Shown here: piece after piece, positions 38,307 through 51,150 of the stretch
How the letters are laid out: every line of letters starts with the position of its first letter
Numbering within the stretch: position 1 is the first letter of the stretch
NCBI GenBank assembly: GCA_965285935.1
Contig: OZ260661.1
Span: forward strand, 144,026,001 to 144,090,000
Length of the DNA: 64,000 nt
Direction: 5' to 3'
Source: Ophelia neglecta
Lineage: Eukaryota
Notes under the pieces: generated by a model
What the model was told of the DNA's origin: nothing
Database searches by the model: none
The model's input: the letters and a program-made list of their open reading frames with translations, nothing else
Position numbers and translations under genes: made by a program

Positions 38307-41018
38307 ATGGCGAAGGAGAATTTGTTCAGGCTATTTGTTATATTCAACATTAACATAATCGGTGTCCATTGTTTGGAAGACGCCGCACAGAGTTACATAT
38401 CGAGTCTGGCATTTATTTCTTTGAAATCGCATGGAAATATCAAGGACACCGTTGCTGCTACAGCATCAAAGTTTATTCAGTCCACGGCTCACTGCCACCC
38501 ACGTCCAGCTATGAAGGGTCCGTCCAGAGTTTACCCCTACTCTCCCTGTGGCATAATCCATTCCGGAAGCGAGGACTTAGGTAAGTCCGCATACTGGAAA
38601 TTAAGCGTTCACAAAACGTTGAACATTAACATTACAATCGTTCACTTGTTACTAGAGGATTCCATGTATAAATGCCAGTTTGACAGGCTAATTCTGACTT
38701 TTACGCAGCCCTCTGGTGTTGATATACAAATCGCATATTGTGGACATTTCGTCCCTCGGAGCATCTACATAGAATCAACTGAACTTAGTTTACAATATCT
38801 TAATGACAACTCACCTACAGGAGAAAATAACAGATTGGCGAAAGGCTTTACTATTCTGTATCAAATTGTTGGTGCAGATTATCCCGTGAGCAAAGACATA
38901 TTTCATAATACACCTCACTTTAATAACAATTACAAAAGACTTGGAAATAGTATAGAAGAGATGGTTTATCATGTTATGTCCCGCTTCCGCACATATGAAG
39001 AAAAATTTAGGATTACCATACTAGCGGATTACAGTGAGCAGATCCATAGCAGTCTCGCTGGGAACGTAACCTGTTATGATGTTCATGGTTTTGACGGACC
39101 CTTGAGTGTTATGGCAGAGCTTACGATGCGGATGAAGACATCTGATAAAATCTACTTTGTAAAATCAACCGCGTTCATAGTATCAATGCAAATAAAAATC
39201 TCAGATTCAGCGCATTGCCTGGGCTCAAGGAATACTCTTGATTTGAAAATAGGATTTCGATTCACGGTTATGCCCTTTCCACCATCAACTTGTTTCGAGG
39301 CTTTTGGAAGCCAAGTTTCTTATAGAAGCAACCACATGTGCCCTGGGAAATGCTGCACCAGCGCTCATATAGTAAGAACAGAACCGGGGAGTTTTATAGA
39401 CTTGGAGATAACTAAATACAATATAGCCGGACCTAATACAGATGACTGTCGTTATCGTGGAGTAGCCATTTTTGAAATTTCCAGGGTATTCATGCTGCAT
39501 CATTCTATAGCGCAACACGGGACCAATAAATTCTTCAACGCTTATGCTCCAGTCAGTGTGTTTTGTAAATCTGTTTGGACATGGGAGACCAGCACAAAAA
39601 AGCCTATGATCACACGATACCACAGCAGTACACATGCCTTGGCTGTTTTTGTTTATTTCTTTCCAATGCCTGGTAGTTTACTGAACATTACACTAAATCC
39701 AACACGCACCGAATGTCAAGGTAGATTTGCCTATTGCAAGCCTATACAAAATTATGAAGCTATACCAATATCAAGTGTGGCATACTTAAGATATAAAATA
39801 CCGCTTGAGTACATTCAATATAATCCCTTTTGCCGCAAAAATGAACTTACTACAGACTTGTGGAGAATACAACATTCTCATGGTTACCTCTGTATATTTA
39901 TGTTCCATTTAATTCCTTCAAATCTAGGCAGGAATCATAGAGCTGTTCTTTGTCAGGTATTACAGTACATTCCAACTTTCACTGAATGGCAGGCTACAAC
40001 AAGGTGTAGACTAGGTTTCAGTCCGGTGGACTTAGAGGTCCTCGATATCACTACGGAACAACTGACAGAGAGAGTACCGGCATGCAAGGCAATGTTGATG
40101 CCTATTCATCAAACGATAAGTCGAAACACCTTTTACTCTGTTCATCCCAGCTGCCAAGCATTTGCTCTACTTGCTAAAAGAAAGCGGACCGGGGATATAC
40201 CTGTCAAGATAGCGAATATAGATGAAGTATTGCCGCTCATTGGCCCTGGAACACCTGTTGAAAGGGTTATTCAGGTAACTTCAGCATTCCATTATGAGAG
40301 CCTTGAATATCATATTGATCTGAGTAACTTCACTTTTGCCAAACTGATGGCCCACTACCAGTTCAGGAATAAACTAGAAAAAAAGCATGGAGGGAACATC
40401 ACGGCGTTTACAATCATGTACAGAAATGTGACAGTTATAGAGTTTAAACATTCAGGGGATTGTAGCAAAGTGTGTGTACTGTTTGCTGCGGCCCACAGAC
40501 AACCGCACAAACTAAACGTGCTGGCAGGGACAGGCTGGTATTGGAGTAAGACTTACAACACAATAGTGTTAAACAAGAGAAGCGCGTACAATTTTATACA
40601 TATATTCTATAATCTGTACAATGTTAGGGTATTGTGGGCGGGCCCATTCATCTCCAGAGATAAATCCGCCCAGTGCGCGTTTAACCCAGCTTGCAATGTG
40701 ACTATGACTGTTGATCCTTTTGTTCCTTTACGAGACCTAATCTCTCATCATCACATCATTGTGGACAAATATTGCTGTGAAGAGAGTACAGCTTTTCATT
40801 TAAGTCTCTGGACGCCAATGGAACTTTCCTGGGTGGAAGCAGAAGAACGCTGTGTATCTGTTGGTGGTCATTTGCCGATTGCATCGACACCAAAGGAAAT
40901 GACCATATTGGAAAATATCATTTTGGGGGCCAGATTTGATACCAACCGATTGCCATTCCCTAATCCATCACGATTAAATCCACGAATAGGCACATTTATT
41001 GGTCTTAACGCATCGGCG
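38307..41018 (+). CDS. Exon 1 of the intact GRL101-like GPCR: signal peptide, two CUB-like modules, N-terminal half of a C-type lectin domain (904 aa)
   Basis: ATG in AACATGG context; hydrophobic leader; CUB-like PCGII...WKLSV...INITI...C...YCG...GFTILYQ and FIDLEI...DDCRYRGVAIFE; CTL-like LSWVEAEERCVSVGGHL...FIGLN; phase-0 donor GCG|GTAAGT. Confidence 0.88.
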
Positions 41019-41351
41019 GTAAGTGCTTTATGGTAAACTCCGTGGATATAGTGACTTAATCATTTCTGTAATTATCGCTGTGCGCAACACCTTCTAAACT
41101 CTTAAGCTCCCATATATTGAATGATTAAATTGTAGTTTTAAAATTAGCCTAGGAGTTATCTGTCGTTCTTGCAAGGCCCAAGTTATGTATCATCAGACCG
41201 TTTTTCTTGAAGTCAAGGGAGGTAGAGGCTCTAATATAGGTTCTCAACCAGGCAGGATATTATGATTTCGTAGTCCTTCAAGACAGTGTTTTCATATTTA
41301 TTAGTAATACATTTTGAATAAACTAAAGTAGGAAATTGGTTTGCATTTCAG

Positions 41352-44300
41352 ATGCGTTGGGTAACTGGACAAAATGCCATTATTGGCAACGTCGTTTCTT
41401 TCTCCGGAGAGGACCAGTCAACTCTTTTAAACAAGCAAGAGCATCACGACGAGGATGATATGTGTGTTTTTGCTGAAAGTGAGTATCGTGTGACTATTTA
41501 TAACAGGAACAATTTTCGGTGGCACAGGGTTCCATGCAAGCAACCTAAATTGACTCGACAGTTAATTTGTCAGAAATGGCCTGATAGTGAACATAGATAT
41601 AGTCTGGACAGCCACCTACTGATTTATATCGACGCCATGTTTATGGCATTGCCATTACTGGACCCTAGTTGTGATGACGGGGTAGAGATTGCAGGATGGA
41701 CTAATAGAGGATACTTCGACTGTGGTACTAAGACTTTGAATGTACCTACATATTTAAATGAGATAACTTTGGTTCGTTTAGCTAAAGCCGTTGATAGTCT
41801 GCTACGCCCTGTTTGTTATGTTATCACAGGCGTAGTCCCGGTTTGTTTAAATTATATAACAAACATACAAAAAGATGGTGAAAGTGATTTGCTTTCTGTC
41901 ATTTTTGTGAACCAAAGCTTGGTACAAGGTCCTTTTGTTTGTAGACCAGAGAGATTAGCACATAACAACAAGTGTCTAAAGCCTACCTTCGAAAACGTCC
42001 TCCATTCACGCTTAAAACCTGATAAACAATTTCATCATGAAAAATATATTTTAGACATTTATGAGTCCATAAAGAAACTACAGTATTTGGGATTTTGCGA
42101 CTGGACGGTATTTTTCAGCGGAAAATCATTGGCAAGCACTGTAACAAATCCTCAGAGATGCTCAAACGTTCTTAATATAACACTGATCGTTGAACAGGCA
42201 ACTGCACCAGAACACGTCGGGTGTGCGGAATATCAAACTACTTGCAAGGAGGGAACATGCATATCTGATTGGGCATTAATTGACGGAGAAAAAGATTGTA
42301 ATGATGGGTCAGACGAGTACTTGAGCATGTTCCTTATTAATGTTTCTTGTGATATTGATATTTTACAGTCACAATGTCTCTGTGCCGCACAATATTTCAA
42401 GTGTTTGTCTGGAGGATGTGTCCCCTGGTACAGGGTCTGTGACACTAGGAGTGACTGTCTTAATCAGGAGGACGAAAGGATCTGTGTGGAACCCTTGCTC
42501 TCAAAACCTCTACCGCGGCTTTACATTGATATGTTAAAACAGGCGGTAGAGTTTCCCATAGCTGCCTCTTCCTTTCAGGGTGAACCGTTTTGTAATAAGG
42601 GGAAAACGGTCTGTAATGAGGGAAAATCGGTTTGTAGTGATTTATTTTTATGCCGGGCAAGCAACACATGTATACCGATGGAATGGGTGGATGATCAGTT
42701 TCCTGACTGTCAGCGGGGGGAAATATTCATTGTTGAAGATGAGCGATTCATTTGGCACGTTGATAATCCTATGGCTTTACTTAATTGTAGTGATCCTACC
42801 CACATTCCTTGTTCAAACCCTCCGTCGAAGTGTTTTCCATTAAATAAGCTATGCATTTATGAATTGACTCCATACGGTAAAGTCAAGTTCTGTAGAAATG
42901 GTGATCACTTGAAAGTTTGCAGCAAGTTCCAGTGCCCAGGGCGCTTTAAATGTCCTGACTCATACTGCCTGCCCTTGCACCTAGTTTGTGATGGTGAAAA
43001 CCAGTGCTATGGAGGGGAAGATGAAAAAGGTTGTCCTCCTGGCGGACAATATCTAAACTGCCCTGGCTTCTTTCGGTGTAAAGGAGGCTCTTGTCTGCCA
43101 CAGAGTAGTGTATGTGATGGTAACGTCAATTGCCCCTTGTATGGCGATGATGAGTTTTTCTGTAGTTTGACCCTGTGTCATGAAGGGTGTGTTTGTAGAT
43201 GGATGACTGTAACATGCCTTAACTCGACCATTCACGAGATCATAGCTAAAAACATAAAATCAGTTAGTATTCATGGAAACGGAGTTGTATTTCCCAAGAT
43301 TTTAGCTGGTGGTTATGTTGTTTCTGTCAATCTATCCCGCAACTCCTTTGTTGTTATTTTGGAATATGCATTTTCGTTCCTTACCAATGTGGCTATCATT
43401 GACATTTCGAACAATAGAATTGAGCTGATCAAGACCGGATCATTTGACAGCCTTATAAATCTGAGGAAGATTTACTTAGAAGGAAATCAGGTCAAAGAAA
43501 TAGAGCCCTTTGCCTTTTTCAATTTGGGCAGGTTAACAAGTCTCATATTCCGCGGTATGAACTTGCAACATATAAAGCCTGATTCATTTTACAATATTTC
43601 ATCGGTCAGGGTGATTGATTTCTCTTCTAATAAAATTATATCATATGACTTCTCTATATTCAAGAACTTTCCCAACTTAGAGAGAGTCATTCTGACTGAT
43701 AACCCCTTGGCAATAGTGTATCATCTAGAAGTCTTAAATGTCACAATTGACACGGATGTTGGTTATTTTTGTTGCCTTTTTGAAAGCAGCCGTTGTGCTA
43801 AGTTGCCACTCATAAGTTGTCTTTGTTCAAGCAGTCTTTCTAATATTAATCTTTTATGTGCAAATATATATGCATTTTGTCTGATTGTCTTAAATGGTGT
43901 TGTTTTCAAACTGAGAATTGATAAGGTTTCACCAGTAGGTAAGCAATGTGTTTTTATAAACATAACCGGTATTGCTTACGGTATATACATTCAAATCACG
44001 ACTCTCCGAGAATTATTATTCGATTTTGAGGCAATTCATTATCAATACGGTTCCCGGCATATGTGGTGCATTGTCGCGGCTTACATCCAATATTTAGTCA
44101 CTTGCGGCTCTTGTGCGCTAAAGGCTATTCCTTTATTTTCTCTTTATCAGAGAACCAAACACCTCAAATCAGCCATTCATATGTTGGATACTTACACGAA
44201 GAAGGGTGTTGGTATCTTATGGATTGTTACTTTGTTCATGGTTGTCGGGGTTTATATCTGGGGTGTATATTCTGGGTCGGATCCAAATCCGTCGGAGCTA

Positions 44301-44681
44301 TGCTCCTTCTTTTTCCCTGCTACCGTCCCAAGGCACCCAGGTATAGCGTTGCTATCCTATTTTCTGACATTATTCATAATATCGGTATCTGTTTCCTTTT
44401 GTTTGCTTTGGCAAATATATAAACGTATGAATGAGTCTTCATTGCTGTTAAAGGCGACAGGTGGGAAAGTATCAAAGCAGACATCCAATCCTTTTCGTGG
44501 AATCCTAATAAAGACAACGGTTGACTTCATCTTATTAATGCCATTGGCAATCGTATGTATTCTATCTCTAGTTAACATTTATATTCCTATTAATTACGGT
44601 CAGGTTCTCAGTACTTATACTGCTCCGACGTTTTGGCTGGTGAATTTGATTTTGTATTTGATCAAATATTTCAAAGCATAA
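41352..44681 (+). CDS. Exon 2 of the intact GRL101-like GPCR: C-terminal half of the CTL, about 6 LDLa, LRRNT plus LRRs, hinge and 7TM (1109 aa)
   Basis: Acceptor TTTGCATTTCAG|, phase 0; RW...CV...WHRVPC...LICQK; LDLa modules including DGEKDCNDGSDE and the GRL101-type LCIYE...CRNGDHLKVC...CPGRFKCPDSYCLP; CHEGCVC; LxxLxLxxN repeats; YFCC hinge; seven hydrophobic segments ending VNLILY. Confidence 0.92.
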   Translation: MRWVTGQNAIIGNVVSFSGEDQSTLLNKQEHHDEDDMCVFAESEYRVTIYNRNNFRWHRVPCKQPKLTRQLICQKWPDSEHRYSLDSHLLIYIDAMFMALPLLDPSCDDGVEIAGWTNRGYFDCGTKTLNVPTYLNEITLVRLAKAVDSLLRPVCYVITGVVPVCLNYITNIQKDGESDLLSVIFVNQSLVQGPFVCRPERLAHNNKCLKPTFENVLHSRLKPDKQFHHEKYILDIYESIKKLQYLGFCDWTVFFSGKSLASTVTNPQRCSNVLNITLIVEQATAPEHVGCAEYQTTCKEGTCISDWALIDGEKDCNDGSDEYLSMFLINVSCDIDILQSQCLCAAQYFKCLSGGCVPWYRVCDTRSDCLNQEDERICVEPLLSKPLPRLYIDMLKQAVEFPIAASSFQGEPFCNKGKTVCNEGKSVCSDLFLCRASNTCIPMEWVDDQFPDCQRGEIFIVEDERFIWHVDNPMALLNCSDPTHIPCSNPPSKCFPLNKLCIYELTPYGKVKFCRNGDHLKVCSKFQCPGRFKCPDSYCLPLHLVCDGENQCYGGEDEKGCPPGGQYLNCPGFFRCKGGSCLPQSSVCDGNVNCPLYGDDEFFCSLTLCHEGCVCRWMTVTCLNSTIHEIIAKNIKSVSIHGNGVVFPKILAGGYVVSVNLSRNSFVVILEYAFSFLTNVAIIDISNNRIELIKTGSFDSLINLRKIYLEGNQVKEIEPFAFFNLGRLTSLIFRGMNLQHIKPDSFYNISSVRVIDFSSNKIISYDFSIFKNFPNLERVILTDNPLAIVYHLEVLNVTIDTDVGYFCCLFESSRCAKLPLISCLCSSSLSNINLLCANIYAFCLIVLNGVVFKLRIDKVSPVGKQCVFINITGIAYGIYIQITTLRELLFDFEAIHYQYGSRHMWCIVAAYIQYLVTCGSCALKAIPLFSLYQRTKHLKSAIHMLDTYTKKGVGILWIVTLFMVVGVYIWGVYSGSDPNPSELCSFFFPATVPRHPGIALLSYFLTLFIISVSVSFCLLWQIYKRMNESSLLLKATGGKVSKQTSNPFRGILIKTTVDFILLMPLAIVCILSLVNIYIPINYGQVLSTYTAPTFWLVNLILYLIKYFKA

Positions 44682-46033
44682 ATCATACAATTTGGCTTGG
44701 AAAGTGAAAACATGAATTATATGACGATTTCATAATACTTTATAATATTATAATTTGTATGCTAAAAAAATGATCAAAAATGGCATACACATTACGGAAA
44801 CAGTTGTTAGTATGGTGGTTTACCAACCACAAAACGGCGCCTATACAGATACCTTGGTATCAGCATGATTATGTGATTTGTAATGTACAAAGCCCCTTAT
44901 TAGCCAAATCCTACAATTCTGGCAAATCATTCAGGCAGTAACAGCTTGTCCTAAAGCTCACCTCCGGCATAGCAAATCATACAGCTAGTGTTAGGTTTCG
45001 CTAGTAACCTTCCCCGCTGCATGGAAATCATACAGGCATTATTTCTTGTCTTAGAACTCATTTCCCGCTATGAGACAATATTAGCGTGTCTTAGGACTCA
45101 CCACGAATTTCGCGAAAATACAATTATCTCAAAATGTCTATTATGATAAGTCCCTACATATCCCCTACTTTCCACGATGGTACGTCCCTACATATCCCCT
45201 ACTCTTCATTATGCCATGTCCCAAATTATTCCTTACTTTACAATACGCTTTGTCCCCACATATCTCATATTTTATATTATGCTATGTCCCTTCATAAGCT
45301 TCAACTTTCCATAGCAAACCACTCCCTATACCTACTCATGGATGGAGATGAGGTTACGTGAGAACAAGCAGGATTGTTAGTCAGAGAGAATTTATATGAT
45401 TTACAATTTGAGCTTTTTGGTAAGGCCGCGTGGTCAAATGAAAGTTTGAAAAAGTTACTTGGAACATATGCTGATGAATATTTTGATGAAGGTCACCTCA
45501 TTGCAAAATAAACTAATTCACTCATGTATGACCTGGCGAGTAAATCTTCAGATCGTGTAACAAAGATATTCCATAATGAACAGGGTGTATGGTGCATAGA
45601 AGAATCGCAAATGTTATTGGATCGTGATTTCCAACCGGCAAAGAAAGCCACACCTAAGATGAGTGATTTTCCTGATCTTAAGAAACAAGTAGTCGACCTC
45701 AGCATTCAGCAATGTAAGTAGGAGTAATAGCTACAGTAGAAGCAAGGTAAAACTAACATATCGTTACTTGAGGACCTACATGCCATATTTTCTCCAAAGC
45801 TGGAGCTTGAACACATTTCTATAGAGAGAGTTCATAGAACTCTAAATAAGGAAGATTCCCCGGAACAAAGCACATAGTAAGCACATTTGTTCATGCCAAG
45901 GCGGATAAATGCATCGACAGAGAAACTATCGTAAAAATGCATCAAAAGCCTGCAAAGACAATGGCCTGTAAATTACTGGTGACATTGAGCCAACTTCAAG
46001 GAAGGGAGAAGCATTGGTAAAAGTGTAAACATT

Positions 46034-46531
46034 TGGTTTAAACATATTTATTTACAACGTGATTTTTATAATAGTAAATGCTAACAAAGCGTAAGTATCA
46101 CGTAAAAAACAACATTAATGATTAAATTACAGCTATAACGTGCGCCAACAGAATAAGAACAAATGTTGCATGCATCGACAGGTGCGATAAAGAATGGATG
46201 AAGGTATGTATCTTAATTGAAGCATCTATTTTGTTAACACCAATGCTGTGAAAATAATATGACAAACGAAGCAAAGATGATTTAGACTATATGTAAAAGT
46301 GTGAATCGATGACGTGTAGAACGCGAGGTGTGAGGCAAGGCTAGAAAGAGGTTTTGGAGATACTGAGGTGAGTGGCCATGGTATATACTATAAAATTAAC
46401 AGAGTAAGACCGACGGGAGGCAAGAGCATTCCAACCTAATACATCCAGAAGAATATTATGAGAAGTTTCCTTCCTGGCTCCGGAAACAATAGAAGCTGCT
46501 TCAGTATTACGTTTTTCAAGCACGTTCGACA
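46034..46531 (-). mobile_element. Short 5'-truncated CR1-type LINE insertion specific to unit B
   Basis: TSD TGTAAACATT at 46024-46033 and 46532-46541; EAASIVSGARKETSHNILLDVLGWNALASRR; minus-strand 3' end AATAAATATGTTTAAAC; empty site near 17730 in unit A. Confidence 0.8.
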
Positions 46532-47299
46532 TGTAAACATTCAGACAGCAGGGTAAGCTGGCCTATGTGCCGTTCTCAGTACCTTGTATTCTTCTGTACA
46601 AGGATAGCTAGCTCCTGGTCAACTAAAGACTTTAAAATGTTCAGAGGATGAGAGAAAGTATTGTTTTCTAGGCAATACCTGCATTTAGTGGATTAAGCCC
46701 CCCCCCCCCTCCCACGCAGTATAGGGTTTGTAACTGTAGTCACCCAGGTATGGAAATCAGCGTGCACATGTCTGATCGCTAGGTAAATACCAATTAGTAA
46801 GTGATACCAGAGCTGTGACAGCGTGTAACTGTACTTGAACTAACTGTCAATTTGACACCTGGCCTAGTTTACGTGCCACTTGATGTATAGGAACAGGCAT
46901 AGCCCAACATTTGCCTTTTCACTATTTAATTATACAGCTGCGCTCTTGCTGACACTTATATCTCTATTCATATCGTTTTTTGCAGATTGGGTGTGTGTGT
47001 AACTTGTTTTTGATGTGTGAATTTCTATTACTATATCAAATGAATTTCTATTGCATACTATATATATCGTGTTTTAATGGTCTTTTGAGCAGGTATTCCA
47101 CATATATCCATTGTGGATGCCCTTAAAGTGTATCATATGTGGGTGCACAGTTCTACCTCTCTCTTAACAACTTGTTTTGTGTTGCCTACACATGTCAAAT
47201 GCTGTGGTGTATAACACCGACCAATTGTACACAAAGAAACCAATAACTAGCTATGTTTAACTTGCTCGCCTTAAATATTCCAGTATAACTACTCTTCTA

Positions 47300-50050
47300 G
47301 AATAAGTCAAGACAAGGTGATTAACCAGAGAGGTAGAGTTCTAATTGACTTCTGCATTGGCAGTCCATTGCGTATTGTATATGGACGAACTGGCGTTGAC
47401 GCTGGAGTAGGTGGTTGTACATTGATGAACTCAATGGGTAACCTAGTGAACGATTATATAGAAGAAGATGAAATATTACTGGGTGTTATTACTCAAATTC
47501 AAACCTGACAGCTTGGTGTCAGATCATCGCCAGTTGTGTATAAAGTTTATGTTGCTAACTTCAAATGTCACTAAAGAACAAAGTGATGGCAACGATAAGT
47601 TAGCTCGAAAGAGTATATTGGAATGAATCCGAAGTAGATTTTTATATGGCAGGGGTTAACAACGGTTATAGGAGTTAGAAGAATGTGTTAAATGCTAATG
47701 TTGATGTACAAGTTAAGGCGCAGATGTATGGTGATATACTTTATTCAGTGGGTAAAAAACACTCGACTGGAAGCAATGAAACCCAAAACAGTAAGAATAT
47801 CACCCTGCCAGATCTGATGTGTAATGACTGTAATTTAATTGTATTGTATAAAATACCAGGGATGCGTAAAGCATTGTTAAACGACAGGAATAGTTATCAC
47901 AAACATTCGAAATTATGTAAACAAGAGCATACTTCTGCTAAAACTGATGAATAACTGAAAATAAGCCCCAGGGAAACTAGAAAATACTGGGACATGTTGA
48001 AGGGTGTGAAAACAATGGATTATCCTAAAGTTGAGTTGAACTCATTCTATGACTATTTTAATAAACTTCACCAACCAAATGACCCAAAACTGTATGAAAT
48101 AAGTGTCAATGGAGAAACCTTTCTGTCTGAACACGTCCAAAGTGACCCGGTGTTTCTGGACCAGGATAGAGAAATATCGCTCGAAGACATTGATAAATGT
48201 ACTCAAAAGCTAAAGACAGAAAAATGTCCTGGTCCTAATGGTGTCATGAATGAACAGATCAAGTATTGTAATGAAACTCGTTAACCCCTATTGAAATTTT
48301 CAACGACATTTTTGAAACCGGTGTATATCTAGAGTCATGGAACACTAGTCACCAATCGCCTATATTCAAAGTAGTGCTACAGACCCTAACAATTACAGGG
48401 GCATCTCATTGCCAAGTTGTATATCAAAATGTTGGCTGTTCTGAATCGGCAGACGCGCGAACGGCGAACGCGGACCTCCAAAATTTGTAGCATTATGGTA
48501 AGGCCTATGGTAACTGCTACAGCGATACGCTCACATCCTGCACAGCTGGATTAGTCTGGAAGTTGAGATAATCACACCTTGAATGTCAACTAATTGTAGG
48601 CCTCGTAATATATGTTAAAAGCTTGGCAGCATTATTTCCGTAATCGATAACCACCGGCACAACCAAAGCGGGATTACCCAAATCGGCCACGGACAAAATC
48701 GGCCATGCCGACACTATATATATGTTTCTATTTGCGGCAGCTAGGCCTGAGTCGGAAGTGTCTAAGGGATTAAAATATCTATCCAAAGGCGACCCACAAA
48801 AGTTAAATGATTAATGGTTTATAATAATTATGGGTGACAAATCATCGGAGGTGAGGGGGTCCATCCAATACTTGGTGGCACCACCTGTTCTGATTGGGGG
48901 TTACGAAATTATTAACATTAATTAACTATATTTGGGGAAGGAGAAATGTAGCACCATCAGGTATATATGAAATATGCAATCCCATAGTTGTCCAATTATT
49001 TTAGTGGGAATCGCATGCCTAATAATGCAGCTTCATCCATCATCATTTAGGGGGTTAATTAGTGATTTGATACAAGAAGGATTTTAGGGGGAAAGTCTTC
49101 TTGACCCCCCCCCCCCCTCCATCAAATCACTAGTCCATCCCTGCTGGTTTTAGCGACTAGCCCCCCCCCCTCACCATCATTAATGTGATTAATTGCCAGT
49201 CAGTGATTGCTTTATAATTTCGTGGCAGTCCCCACTGTCATTACATGATAGGCCTCCTATATTATTTGTCAATGCCAGAGATTACAAGTCCCCCATCTTC
49301 GTAGTCGCCCTACATATTTTATTTGTATTATCTGAGTTTAGAAAGCACTGTGACATGGGAATGAGAAATAATATATATATATATATCTTTTAAAATTCTC
49401 GCGATCTATCTGGCGGTAAAATAACCACAACGTGTCCCGCCATGATTGGTGTTGCATACTTAGTGTGACACTCCACGGCAATGTAGTAAAAAATCACAAC
49501 ACAATAACTGTGAAAATAACCTCGAGCGACTTGGCACCCAAGCGAGTTGTGGCCCGCGCGAGTTAGCACCCGCGCGAGTTGACTGGACACCAGTCGGGTC
49601 AGTCTCCTGACAGCGCCAGAGTTCATACCGTAATGCTACAAATTTTGGAGGTCCGCGTTCGCCGTTCGCGCGTCTGCAGATTCAGAACAGCCCAAAATGT
49701 TCACGAAAATTCTGAACGATAGATTGAGTGTATGGGCGGAAGAAAACCAGTTATATATAAGCAGGTTCCTCCTTAGAATGTATCATCTCTCTATGAAACA
49801 GAGACGTGGTCAAGGCCCAAAATACGCCCGGAACACAGATGTTGTGTTGCGTGTAGAGAATTGAAGCTGAAATTAATTTCCTTTTAGTGTGCCCATGCCA
49901 ACTATGCAGTAGTCTATGGGAACATAATTTATCTTGCTGTGAATTTGAAGGTAGCCCAGAAATGTTTTTTGTTAAGATATTTAATGAAGGCAACAGTTGA
50001 CTATTGAAAAATATACCTGTGTATATCGGAAAGCCATTTATGCTCCACAC
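47300..50050 (+). mobile_element. Degenerate RTE-X/CR1-like LINE, interrupted by a TIR element
   Basis: INQRGRVLIDFC...LRIVYGR...NDY (endonuclease tail), LKTEKCPGPNGVMNEQIKY, DPNNYRGISL, and a C-terminal FLLVCP. Confidence 0.75.
48434..49692. mobile_element. Non-autonomous TIR DNA transposon with 9-bp TSD (MULE- or Merlin-like)
   Basis: TSD CAAAATGTT at 48425-48433 and 49693-49701; TIRs of about 65 bp starting GGCTGTTCTGAATC; empty site near 18865 in unit A. Confidence 0.93.
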
Positions 50051-50389
50051 AATACTGTTGTAAATTCAGGTTAACTCCCTTATTTTATATTATATATATT
50101 ACAGGATTAACATTATATATATTATATGATAAAAATTTGTCTTTGTTTTTATCGTATTATTGCAAATATGAACGCTAAAAATTGTATTATTTGTAATAAA
50201 CTATGTCTAATAAGTGTTAACTATCAAACTTCAACTAATCTTGTTTCTCTCTGTTTCATACAAATATCAAAAGCTTCCCTAGCAATCGTACACAATTTGA
50301 AACATATTTTAATAATCTGAATTTTTAATTGTTACATGGTTCAATTTAACTCAGTTGATCTTTATATTTTCCGAATTACTCGGCCATTG

Positions 50390-51150
50390 ATAGTCACATA
50401 AAAGATAGGGCAAATGATATTTGTTGAGAAATAGCCTATCAAGCATCAGGAGGCATATTCTGTTTTCAATAAAACATGTTTATCTTATTATGAAGCACAT
50501 TTCCCTTACGTTACTTAAGAATCAATGTAAAGAAATCGAAAACCCTGGCTAATTGAAGTTTTAAAAAAGTCAATAAAACTACAAATAAGCTTTATTATTG
50601 ACTATGAACAGTTCACATTTAGAACCGTCTTATAAAATATATAAAGATATTTTGCTGTCTTTACTTTGTAACTGTGTAACATAATAAAAACCTGGAAAAA
50701 GCTCCTGTATATTTGTAACTTGTCTTTAAATCGACAATATTTTCTGATTAGATTCATACCCATATTCAAGAGCGGTGATCCGATGAAGTTTATGAATTAT
50801 CGTCCTGTTTCTCTCCTTCTGGTGTTTTCTAAACAAAATAAATTATGTCTCCCTGACTTTCTCAACAATACTAATGTGCCTATTGATCACCAAGTGGGTT
50901 TGCGCGAGAAATCTTCTACTAATATGGCCCTTATTTTACTTCAAATTGGCGACTATGTCTTGGTACTGTATCTCGACAAATCAAAGGCCTTCGATACATA
51001 CGACCATACATATTGTGTTGATTCTTGGGGTAATACATTTGACTCGTACTTACATCAACTGAATATTCAACTAATATTTTACCTCTGGTACAAATATACA
51101 AGTTAAGATTAGGTGTATTCATGTATATTCACGGATTAATTCCTTTTTCC
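50390..51150 (+). mobile_element. Multiply deleted CR1/L2-group LINE relic
   Basis: IPIFKSGDPMKFMNYRPVSLL, HQVGLREKSSTNMAL, YLDKSKAFDT and YCVDSWGN. Confidence 0.75.
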
